Shown here piece after piece: positions 12,949 through 23,700 of a DNA stretch of 64,000 nt. Position numbers and translations under genes: made by a program. The stretch is from Anolis carolinensis (Eukaryota): positions 242,130,689-242,194,688 of the forward strand of contig NC_085841.1 in NCBI RefSeq assembly GCF_035594765.1, in the 5' to 3' direction. Within the stretch, counting starts at the first letter, position 1. Each line of letters begins with the position of its first letter. The notes beneath the pieces are model-generated. The model made no database searches, was not told where the DNA came from, and worked only from the letters and a program-made list of their open reading frames with translations.

Positions 12949-13263
12949 CTCCCTGAAGTGGCGGATGACGGCCAGCGTGTCGCGGTGGGTGAGGCTGCTC
13001 ACCGGGGTGCCGTTCACCTCCAGCAAGACGTCCCCTGGCGCCGGGGCTTTCCCCGAGAGCAGGACCGAGCCGGGAGTGCCGCCCGAGGAAGAGGAGGTGG
13101 CGGGCGAAGGCTCGGAGAGGCGGGCGCCGAGGTAAGGGAACTCTCCGCGCTCGGCGCCGCCGTGGAGGAGCTCTGGGTCCGGCCCGCAGCCGCTGCCCCA
13201 GGACACAGCGCACTCCTGCACCTTGCTCAGCCAGTGCCGCTTCCTCCGCAGCGTCTTAGACAT
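12949..13263 (-). pseudogene. MAGI3: Captured MAGI3 exon 1 fragment (N-terminus and most of PDZ0)
   Basis: [22 protein letters not shown]…[12 protein letters not shown]…[36 protein letters not shown] matches the recalled MAGI3 N-terminus; similarity ends abruptly after RHFRE; no further MAGI3 exons recognised in the window. Confidence 0.92.
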
Positions 13264-14559
13264 GAGGCCACACCATGGGCGACCCTCCGCCCGTGAGGAG
13301 GACGAGGAGACGACGGCGGCACCACTCTCCCGAGTACTCAGTCAGTCAGTCACTCGTCCGGCTAGTTCGCCAAGCGCGCACCCCTCTGTTTGCGTGTGCG
13401 CGTGCGTGCGCGCTCTCCCTCTTTCTTTCCTCTCTCTCCTCGCCTCGTGAGGTCATATTGCGTTTATAAGACGCACTGACTTTTCCCCTCTATTTTGGGG
13501 GGGGAAAAAGTGCGTCTTATAAAGCGAAAAATACAGTACATCTTTACATTTACTATCTTTCCTTACAATAAAGTAATCGATGTAGAGAGGAGGACTGTCA
13601 TAAATAATTTAGCATACTGCAGTTAAAGAAGTTAATTTTAATTGGCGTGGGGATAGGAACAATGTTTATTATTTTAGATAGATATTGTTCATTGTTTGGA
13701 GAGTTATTGCCTGTCTATTGTTTCTTGTAATTTCAGCATTGCATCCGACATTAAAATATATAAATAACAATATTTAAACAGAAACATGAAGAAGCAAGTG
13801 ACCTTCTGCATGCTAGCGATAAGAACTAACTTTTCTACTAGTTAGTTCTTTACAAAACCCTCAGGTCAAAATTGATACAGATAAAAGCTCACATTAGTAC
13901 AAATATGTTTAAAAGGTAACACAAAACTAATCTGTCCGTAACATTAAAATCAATTAAGAGCAAACTCATTAAAAAGCAAAAAAGTGAACATTATTAAAAA
14001 GCCCTTAACCCCTTCCCTCTAATTTCCTCATCTTTCATTCATCTCTTCCTGGAAGTAAAGCAAGTAAATATGTTCCAAGTAAATTTGTATGCACTTCAAG
14101 AACAGCCTCCAGGAAGAAAATTAAAAAAAATATTGCAGGAAAACAGGAAGATAACAGGTACTTCCAGATGAAACTCTGCTTTTTGTGTGTGTGCAGTCTT
14201 CCTACAATAAAATTAAAATTTTAAAGATAAAGAAAAATATTAATTAGACACCCCTTTTCTGCCTTTTCCTTTTTGTTCTTTGCTGCTCTACCCACTGGTA
14301 TTACTGCCCCCCAAAATCCTCTGATCAGGACAGTAAGGGAGATTGTGAAAGGATGAGGGCAAGGAAAAACAGAGCTAATCAAAATATTGTTTCTTCATAT
14401 TTGTTCCTTCATACTCAAAATTCCCTGTACATTACTTTAGACTTCATTTTGAAAAAATAAAATCCATAATTTTAACTCAAAAGTCCCACACTTTCTTTTT
14501 TATTAGAACTGCATGCTTAGCAATGAGTAGTGGCATTCTTAAAGAGCATAAATATCCTA

Positions 14560-14760
14560 AAGGCGCCAGATGCTTTCTGATTTTGGAAGCTGTGCAGGTT
14601 AATCCCTATTTAGTACTTGGATGTGAGACCACCAGTAAATGTTAGGTACTGTGGGCTATACTTCATAGAAAGGAACTGACAAAACCACACCTGAGTATTT
14701 GTTGTCTTAAAAGAAATCTGTATGAAATTTATTAGGTCTCCATGAATCAACAAACACACA
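14560..14760 (+). mobile_element. Old 5S rRNA-derived SINE
   Basis: 5S-like head (tctgattttggaagct…tttagtacttggatgtgagaccacc), degenerate. Confidence 0.6.
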
Positions 14761-15188
14761 CAGTAGCATTCTTCCTATAATTCTTTCTTAGTAAAGTGTA
14801 TGCTAAGAATGACTAGAAGTCCTATGTATTTCATATAAAGGTCCTATGTTGGAAGAAAAGTGGATTTTTAATTAAATGCTTCAATATGAATGAATACACA
14901 TTTAAACATACAAATAAAATTATTGCTTGGAAAGAGTGCCATTACTCATCCAATATAAACTAAAACATTAATTTACTATGTACAGGTAAGAATGTAGCTC
15001 ATCTGATTTCTTCATCTTCTGGATTGCATTGTGTAATTCACAAAATTCAAGCCATCTAGTCCAACTGTAGATTTGTCTGTTTTAACCCACAGGTTTTTAT
15101 AATTCATCTGTAAATCCTTGAATTTAATGTAATTGGTTATTAATGTCTGCTTTGGCTTCACACACAGGTTGACTAACAAGAATTTAAG

Positions 15189-16268
15189 ATGGAAGATACC
15201 TGGACATTTGATGGGAATTTGTATGAGCTCTTTGGAAATTATAATTATGTTTATGAAAATACAATCGATCCTAGCGGTGTGTCAGAACCCTGCAGAGCTG
15301 AGGCTGCATCGCCTGTGATCAGGTACTTTGTGGCCTTCCTCTATTGCCTGGTGTGCTTACTCAGCCTGATAGGGAATGCCTTGGTGGTTTTGGTGGTTGC
15401 CTACAACAAACGGAATCGGTCTGTGACTGACGTGTACCTCCTGAACCTAGCCATTGCCGACCTCCTCTTTGCCCTCACCTTGCCCATCTGGGCTGTCTTC
15501 CGTGCTCATGAGTGGATCTTTGGCACTGGCATGTGTAAATTCACTTCTGTCCTGAAGGAAGTCAATTTCTACAGCGGAGTCCTCCTGTTGGCTTTCATCA
15601 GTGTTGATCGCTACCTGGCAATAGTGTATGCTACCCGTCATGCAACTGAAAAGAGGCACTGGGTTAAATTTGTCTGTGTTGGCATCTGGGTGTTCTCTCT
15701 TCTCCTTTCACTGCCTATGATTACCTACCGTGAAGTTTTCTATGCACCTAATTCCTCTTTGAGAGTTTGTTATGAGAATATTGGAGGCAATGAAACATCT
15801 AAATGGAGAGTGGTGCTGAGAATCTTGCCTCAAACATTTGGCTTCCTTGTGCCTTTGGCCATCATGCTTTTTTGCTATGGGGTAACGGTGCATAGACTCT
15901 TTCAAATGAAGAACAATCAAAAAAAGAAAGCTATGAAAGTCATCCTGGTTGTGGTGCTGGTCTTCCTCTTTTGTTGGCTGCCTTACAACATCACCCTATT
16001 TGCTGATACCTTGATGAGGACTGGGGTTATTACTGAGGAGTGTAAACGCCGTGGTATCATTGATGCTGGTCTTTCAGGCACAGAGATCCTGGGGTTTTCT
16101 CACAGCTGTATGAATCCCATCATCTATGCCTTTATAGGGCAGAAGTTCCGGAATAACTTCCTCAAGATCCTGGTTGAGAGAGGCATCATCAGTAAAGAAG
16201 TCCTGATTCGGTATCGGAAAGGCTCTTCCTTCTCATCTACATCTGGCAACACCTCCACAACTCTATAA
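15189..16268 (+). CDS. CXCR2: C-X-C chemokine receptor type 1/2-like (IL-8 receptor), copy A, 359 aa
   Basis: 7-TM class A GPCR; [57 protein letters not shown]-terminal STTL; splice acceptor cacacag| at 15167/15168. CXCR1 versus CXCR2 orthology cannot be resolved. Confidence 0.95.
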   Translation: MEDTWTFDGNLYELFGNYNYVYENTIDPSGVSEPCRAEAASPVIRYFVAFLYCLVCLLSLIGNALVVLVVAYNKRNRSVTDVYLLNLAIADLLFALTLPIWAVFRAHEWIFGTGMCKFTSVLKEVNFYSGVLLLAFISVDRYLAIVYATRHATEKRHWVKFVCVGIWVFSLLLSLPMITYREVFYAPNSSLRVCYENIGGNETSKWRVVLRILPQTFGFLVPLAIMLFCYGVTVHRLFQMKNNQKKKAMKVILVVVLVFLFCWLPYNITLFADTLMRTGVITEECKRRGIIDAGLSGTEILGFSHSCMNPIIYAFIGQKFRNNFLKILVERGIISKEVLIRYRKGSSFSSTSGNTSTTL

Positions 16269-17166
16269 TGCCCATTCTATGAAGATGGGAAAGGAAAGAA
16301 TAGAGCTGAAGACACTGTCCAGCAAGTGCTTTGAGACTGAGATCAAGATCGTATAATTGAGAAGCTTCATCTTAACCTTAATTTGACATTTGTAATAAAT
16401 CATTGTATAATTTTATGAGCAGCTAAAAATTGTTTTTAAACACCAATAGAAATGAAATATTTTAAGATGTCCATACAAGATTGATATATTTTGTATAAGC
16501 TTTACACGTCACTAAATGTTACACCTTTTAACATTCAGGCAACAAAGGAGGACTTCATATGTTGGATGTTTCCTGTATAGAAAGTGTACCCTTGTAGGGG
16601 ACAGGTGAAATTCTAATGCAGAATACTGTATACTGTATACTGTAGACTGTCACACATCTATCCTTTCTCAATGCTTCTTTATAGCAGGATGTTGTTGTCT
16701 TTTGCTGTTTTTAAGCATGTTAACATGTTATTAGCGGATAAAATGCATCTGTGTAATACCATGCATGAAACCTGCAGATCTTCTTTAAGGTGTTTTCTTT
16801 ATGGAAAGATTTTTTTAAAAAGGGGGTTCCTGAGCCATTTACAGTGCAATCATACATACCCACTAAGAAATACTTCCCTTAGCTAAGTGTACATTCAGGC
16901 AAATAGATATACGAGATAGGCAGCCTGGTTTTTTTTTTTTTTAAGGAAAACTCCTGTGCTTTTACTGAAATTTGTTTGCACAGGAATGTCTGAAGTTAAT
17001 GGGCCAGCTTTCTATGAGATTAATATAGGTAGTTTCAAGATGGGTAGAAAAAGAGATAGATGCATAATTTGCCTTTAGTCATTTTTAACTAGCTATGAGA
17101 AGCCTTGGCTTTGCTAGCTGTGTATCAACTAGTCATACTAGTTGTGCTAGTTCTCAAATTTATGTG

Positions 17167-17169
<3 letters not shown>

Positions 17170-17221
<52 letters not shown>
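17170..17221. repeat. (TA)n microsatellite
   Basis: Direct read. Confidence 0.95.
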
Positions 17222-17227
<6 letters not shown>

Positions 17228-17317
17228 AGCATGAATAGCAGCATGTCTTCTATTACCAAAAAGAAGTGTGATGAGTAGTTTTCTTTTAGCTAGGAATTAT
17301 GTCTGTCAGTACTTTGA

Positions 17318-17578
17318 TTTTTTTTCATATCAGGAGCAACTTGAGAAACTGCAAGTTGCTTCTGGTGTGAGAGAATTGGCCATCTGCAAGGATGTTGCCC
17401 AGAGGACGTCTGGATGTTTTGATGTTTTTACCATCCTTGTGGGAGGGTTCTCTCCTGTCCCTGCATGGGGAGCTGGAGCTGACAGAGAGAACCAGCAACC
17501 TTCAGGTCAACAACCCAGCCTTCAAGTCAGCAATCCTGCCAGCACAAGGGTTTAATCCACTGCTCCACCGGGGGCTCC
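17318..17578 (-). mobile_element. tRNA-derived SINE (third family, probably Vingi-type 3' end)
   Basis: Homologous to 61878-62144; poly-A tail; ACTTTGAT direct repeat on both sides. Confidence 0.8.
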
Positions 17579-17968
17579 ACTTTGATGAAGAAAGTTTAGA
17601 TAATAGAAACAGCTCTTTTGTCCCACATGAACTAATTGTTTTGGTGAATATAGTATCTCTTTGTCTAGCACTTGTTTTTCACACATGTACCAATATTGCT
17701 GCATTGCTGTAGAGATTTTTGACATGAGAAAATTCACTCTCCCATGGTTATATGCATTGCTGTTCAAAATCCAATCAAGGTATGAACTGCAATTCCAATA
17801 AACGTTTATATAGAGGGATCATGTTGATACTTTCAATCATCTATGGTAAAAATGATAATTGTTAATTTTTCATATCATAAAAATGGTCTAGAAAATATTA
17901 TTGGCTTCAAACTGAATTTCAATAATAATCCTATTTGCATAAAATGGAGTGATATAGGATAACCAGTA

Positions 17969-18311
17969 CAGTAGAGTCTCGCTTATCCAAGCTCCACTTA
18001 TCCAAGGTGCTGTATTATCCAACATAGTTTGCCTTTTAGTAGTAAATGTTTTTGTAGTCAATTTTTCAATAAATTGCAAAATTTTGGTGCTAAATTCATA
18101 AATACAATAATTATTACATAACGTTATCGTGTACTGAACTGCTTTTTCTATCCATTTGTTGTAAAGCATGATGTTTTGGTGCTTAATTTGTAAAATCATA
18201 GCATAATTTGATGTTTAATAGGCATTTCCTTAATCCCTCCTTATTATTCAACATTTTCGCTTATACAATGTTCTGCCAGCCCGTTTATGTTGGATAAGTG
18301 AGACTCTACTG
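17969..18311. mobile_element. Tc1/Mariner-superfamily MITE (CAGTAGAGTCTC TIR)
   Basis: TIRs and TA duplication. Confidence 0.92.
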
Positions 18312-18667
18312 TACTTTCAATTATATCAAATCAATTGAAGTGGAAGAATATTTAAGTAAAGCAACAAGCATTTTGATTCATAGTACTGTGGATGAAAGGC
18401 TTAAGTATCCTAAAGGTACCATATGTGAAGTCTTGGCTCTGCCTTTTACTCTCCTTTGCTTTTGTTCCCCCTGTTTATAGGTTTTCCCAATAGTGTAGCT
18501 ACCTCATTTTGTATTAGTTTTGGGTGGAGCATATAATCCCCCTAGAGGCCAGCCTTAGTTGGTCTATTCCATTTGCCTGTATAGAGCTCCTTTGCTAGAC
18601 TCCTCCTTTTTTCTGCAGTAGAGCTACAGAGACTTGAGGCCTGATCATTGTCTGTAGTATTCATATA

Positions 18668-18986
18668 CAGTAGAGTCTCACTTATCCAAGCTAAATGGGC
18701 CAGCAGGAGCTTGGATAAGCGAATATCTTGGACAATAAGGAGGGATTAAGGAAAAGCCTATTAAACATCAAATTAGGTTATGATTTTACAAATTAAGCAC
18801 CAAAACATCATGTTATACAACAAATTTGACAGAAAAATACAATACGCAGTAATGTTATGTTATAATTACTGCATTTACGAATTTAGCACCAAAATATCAC
18901 GATATATTGAAAACATTGACTATAAAAATGGCTTGGATTATCCAGAGGCTTGGATAAGCGAGGCTTGGATTAGTGAGACTCTACTG
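18668..18986. mobile_element. Tc1/Mariner-superfamily MITE, opposite orientation to 17969-18311
   Basis: TIRs and TA duplication. Confidence 0.92.
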
Positions 18987-20660
18987 TACCACCAGTCCCA
19001 AAGACAACAGAAGCTTTTGGTCAGCCTAAGTTTCACAAAGAAGATCGAGACATCTTTATAAGTACCAGCATGTAAACCATAGCTTTGCATCAGAGGCAAA
19101 AGACTTTAAAAAATCCCAGAGAGATGACTGCAACCAGCAAAATCTCCCTTCGTAATGTATTGTTTTAATCTATCTTTCAATAGCCCCAGAAGGATTTAAC
19201 CCTTTATTCATCTTGTTTTCAGTAAACTCATTTGGTTATCTTTTCTCCTTGCTTGAAGTGCCTCTGTATGTTAGGGGTCTTGATTTTAACAGAAGGTATA
19301 CAGTAAAGACAGACATTATAGTTTTCCCAAAGGCTTGGGAAAACACCATATCTCATCTAATCTTGGAAGCTAAGTGGTGTCAGCCCTGGTTTGTACTCGG
19401 ATGGAGGACCACCAAGAGAATAAGAGATATGGTTCTGTTTTATAGGAAAAAAACCTCAGAGACAAGATTTGGTTTTATATCCATTCTCCCCTGCCCCCTC
19501 CCCTTTCATAGCATTCCCTGAGCTATGTTTGGCTGACACTATCCGTGCTTGCTAGCTTTTACCAGGCTTTCCCAACTTCACACTTCAAACTAGCCTACTT
19601 GCTGCTGGGCAAAACGTACATGCAGAGTAATTTGCACACAACCCTGTCTTCTGGTTTGGAGAAACAAGGCTCTAAAATTTCCCCATTGATGCCAATGGAC
19701 CGAATCTTACTGGAACAAAAACGGCATCTCCCTCCAGATTTCAGGAATTTTCCGGAAACCAGAATGGGGGGGGGGGGGGGAGCCAAAAATGGAACTGAAA
19801 ATAGCATGCTTTTTGCACATTGTGCACACTCCTATTAGCAAGCAGGAGACTTTACATGTAAACAGCCACTGCTAACTACAGCCCACTACACTGTATAGTC
19901 TTGAAGACATTTAGAAATGATGAGGCTGGCAGATCATAGGCTTTCTAAAGCAAACATGTCTTACCTACATATTGGGCAAGAACTGTGCCCCTACTTCCTC
20001 TTACATGAAGAGCAAAACAAATGGTCTGTTGGTGAAGATTTCTACATAACTGTAAAGTGTGAGCTGTTTCACACATGACATTTAACCTGCACTGACGTAT
20101 CCTCTTTGCAGGAACAAACAAACAAACACCCTATCATCCCATGTATTAAGACTTTAGAGTTTTTGGTCCAGAAATGTTTAACATCATTTTTAATAGCCCT
20201 TGAAGAAGGTCTGAAAAGTATTCACAGGACAAAATGTGTCTGTTTTTTTTAACCCAATGAAGCAACCATCTTTTGAACATCTTGAAGTGTGTCTAATTAC
20301 TTTTGCAGACTTCCTTACATGCTTCCCAGTTTCTGTTTTCCAAGAGCATGGAAAGCCTTATGGGTCAAATAGAATGACGTGGCATGCCAGATTTGATCTG
20401 TGGTCCTTGAATGGGTGGTATAAGGTGTACACAAATAGACATTTCACTTCATATATTCTGAAAAAATTGAAATCGAAGAAAGTAAAGTTGCCTTAATAAT
20501 CAATATTACTCAACTAATAACACCTCTTATGCAAAGATTCAATTTTTGTGGGAGTCTGTTCAGTATGAGCATTCCATACATGTACATCAGTGAGTGACTG
20601 CAATGGAAAAAAGTACAGGAAATCAATAATTACACACTGCAGCCTATAAATCTATGTATC

Positions 20661-20872
20661 TCAGGAAAGCTTGGAGAAGAGAATGATACTGGGGAAAATG
20701 GAAGGAAAAAGGAAGAGGGTTAGGGTTAGGGTTAGGGCAAGATGGATGGATGGCATCCTTGAAATGACTGGCTTGACCTTGAAGGAACTGAGGGTGGCCA
20801 CGGCCGACAGGAAACTATGGTCCATGAGGTCACGAAGAGTCGGAAGCATCTGAACGAATAAACAACAACAAT
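20661..20872 (+). mobile_element. RTE/BovB-type LINE 3' fragment
   Basis: Translation EKRMILGKMEGKRKR…RWMDGILE; ends gtcacgaagagtcggaa…aacgaataa(aca)n. Confidence 0.85.
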
Positions 20873-22717
20873 CTCCCAGAATTATTTTTAAAAGTACAAC
20901 ATCACATACAAGTAACTTTAAAAAATACACCGTGGGTTGCATGAATGTCTGGCCAAGGATGTAATAAAATAATACCATCTTGCAGCTGGTGAACACTGGG
21001 GCTTGTACACTCCTGTGTGAATGCAGCTGGAGCACAAATCTTTACCAATGTTCTGTTGGACATCCCCTTTTGCGTGCCCACACCATGCAACATCAGCTGA
21101 TAGTACTATATATGTACTTCTGGGTACCATCCAGCTAAATTGTCCTCCTGGAGCTTCAAGGAGGAAAAGCACCCCCCCTTCCCCAGATAACAAAACTGGT
21201 TGGATTGTGCCTGTGATCTCTCCTGTCCATACTGACTACTAAGAGACCAGTCTCATGTCATCTGTTGAGACTACAGAGGGAAAGGTTGTTGTACAAGGAA
21301 GTTTGGGATACTTCTGTTGGCAACCATTTTAAATTAGCATGCACGACATCATAGGCTAGGGTATGGCACCAACACAATGATAGCTTTGAGTCTTACATTA
21401 CCAAATATTCATTCATTCATCCATCCATCCATTCATTACTAAAATATTTCTTGCTGTTACATGCCTTCAAGTCGTTATCAACTTATGACGCTCCTAAGGT
21501 GCTTCTTGGAAATATGCCGAGAGCCCATTCTGTTTGTGAAGATAATTCTGATGTTTTTGTTCCTCCTGGCTTTTTCAGTACTCTTTCTTACCCTGGATGG
21601 CTACAAAGATTTGGGATGTGATCTCTGATTGACTAGACTCATTCATATAAAGAATCCAGGATACATTATTCACAATCTGAATGGGCTTTGTTTTATTCCA
21701 GATATGTTGGCAAATTTTCATATCCAGTTGGTTATATGCTAGTATCCTATTAGCTGACCTCTGGTAAGAAGAGCAAAGAAACTATAACTAGAAATAAAAT
21801 AGCAGTAGGAGATAATGAAAACAATTCAATAATTAATTGAAATATGGCCTTCCATACCAGTAATCTTTTTATTTTTAGGTATTGCTTCTGGAAGCGCTAT
21901 TTTGAAACTAGACACTGGCACTGAATAATAGTTAATTTAATCATGTTCTCTAATTTGAAAACCAGATAATCCTAGATTTTTGTTAAGAGTGATAGACAAT
22001 ATCTTTACTATAAAGTTACATCACTATTTATACGACTGTAGCTGACATGTTTCCATCTTGCAGAATCTTGGGGTTAATTGCTTGGCATGAGAAATTGGTA
22101 TCATACATATTACTACTACTACTAATAATAATGATAATAATTTTATTTTTCTATCCCGCCTCCATCTCCCCACAGGGACTTGGGGTGGCTTACACAGCGC
22201 CAAGCCCAAGAGCAGATAATAGGCAAAATAAAATACATGTAAAAACTTAACCAGATAAAACACATTAAAAACAAATAATATAATATAATAACATTAAAAA
22301 CCAATTTAAAACATAGGATAATAACACAGAAGGACCACCATTTAGAAAAAGTGGAATAAAATACTTACCTCTTGTCTACCTTTCTCTAAAGACACTAATT
22401 GTGATTATCAATTTCACTCAACCCAATAGAAATAGCTGCCCTTCCTTTCCTTGATTGTCAATTTTACCAAATGCTCTCCTGTATCTTTAATAGCCTGAGG
22501 ATGTACAGTAACTATAAGATATTAGAGGTGAAGGCAATTGTACTGATGACCATTATTTTGTAGAGATTCTGACTTAACAAGAACCATAGCATATGTTTAT
22601 ACATTTCTCCCCCCAAAAAGTCATTTTTACCATAGAAGGGAAAAATCAAGAGGCTCAATAAATCCTCCATACTCTGGACAGTGTGTCATGATTACCATGA
22701 CAAAAGGTAATTCAGTT

Positions 22718-23700
22718 GAGCCCCGGTGGCGAAGTGCGTTAAAGCACTGAGCTGGAGACCGAAAGGTCCCAGGTTCAAACCCCGGGAGCAGTGGGAGCAG
22801 CCGCTGTTAGCTCCAGCTCCTGCCAACCTAGCAGTTCGAAAACATGCCAATGTGAGTAGATCAATAGGTACCGCTCTGGCGGGAAGGTAACGGCGCTCCA
22901 TGCAGTCATGTCGGCCACATGACCTTGGAGATGTCTATGGACAACGCTGGCTCTTCGGCTTAGAAATGGAGATGAGCACCAACCCCCAGAGTCGGTCACG
23001 ACTGGATTTAAGCGCGCTCCACATGCTCCCCATTGACTCTGGGCCTAACATTTAATTCTATGGGAGGTGCTAAATATCTAGAAAATTTAAATATCCCAAA
23101 ATTTCGCCTTGCTTTTAGCTGGGCCAGATTTAATGCACTCAAATCAGCCATACTAGAGGGTAGATATAAAGGCACTGAATATGAACAAAGAGCATGCCCT
23201 TGCGGGGAGGGTAACGTCGAAACTGTAACACATGTACTTTTTATTTGTACAATTTACAAAGATGATAGATTAAGATTAATATCCCCTCTACTCACTAAAT
23301 GGCCAGGAAGAACGCTAAATTGGTACCACAGCTATTTACTGTCCGATCTTGATAAAAGGGTAACGGAGCAGGTAGCCAAATTCCTCTTTTCAGCGGCAAA
23401 AAGCCGTAAGGGCTTCATGAAAAATCTGTGTTGAGAGTATAACAAAGAGTATCTAGGGGACAGTTTACTAATCTGTAATCAGTTTTTGTTTCAGATTATA
23501 AAGATAGCCAAATAACCAATAGAGATTGAAGATACTTGTTATTAAGCATAAGCCAAATGCAATGTCACAAATGACTCAAATGTTGTATTCCATCATTGCA
23601 CTGTAACTTGATCCTAGCCAATGGTTTGTTGACCGAAATAAAGGCTACTGACTGACTGACTGACTGGACTTAACGTCAGGGGAAACCTTTACCTTTACCT
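22718..23700 (+). mobile_element. Sauria SINE split by a LINE insertion
   Basis: Head at 22718, body to 23011, resumes at 23662 with gactggacttaacgtcaggggaaacctttacc. Confidence 0.9.
23012..23661 (+). mobile_element. 5'-truncated LINE with C-terminal CCHC finger (RTE-X-like), (ACTG)n tail
   Basis: ORF 23033-23434: GRY…RACPCG…ETVTHVLFIC..Y; AATAAA then (ACTG)n; flanked by GACTGGAYTTAA. Clade call is tentative. Confidence 0.75.

Larger units (their letters stand above)
12789..13536. mobile_element. Non-autonomous pogo-type DNA transposon carrying a MAGI3 fragment (Pack-type element)
   Basis: 27-bp TIRs CCATATTTTTCGCTTTATAAGACGCAC (12789-12815) and GTGCGTCTTATAAAGCGAAAAATACAG (13510-13536), 25/27 identical; TA at 12787-12788 and 13537-13538; extra ATAAGACGCAC copies at 12822 and 13466. 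Confidence 0.93.

Noticed and set aside
12892-13263. A genuine MAGI3 gene at this locus
   Set aside because: Similarity stops before the end of exon 1, there is no splice donor or later exon, and the piece is enclosed by TIRs.
14560-14660. 5S rRNA gene (also ~19345-19415)
   Set aside because: Degenerate SINE heads, not intact genes.
12949-16268. Functional link between the captured PDZ fragment and the receptor STTL PDZ ligand
   Set aside because: The PDZ0 is truncated and there is no evidence of expression; proximity is probably chance.
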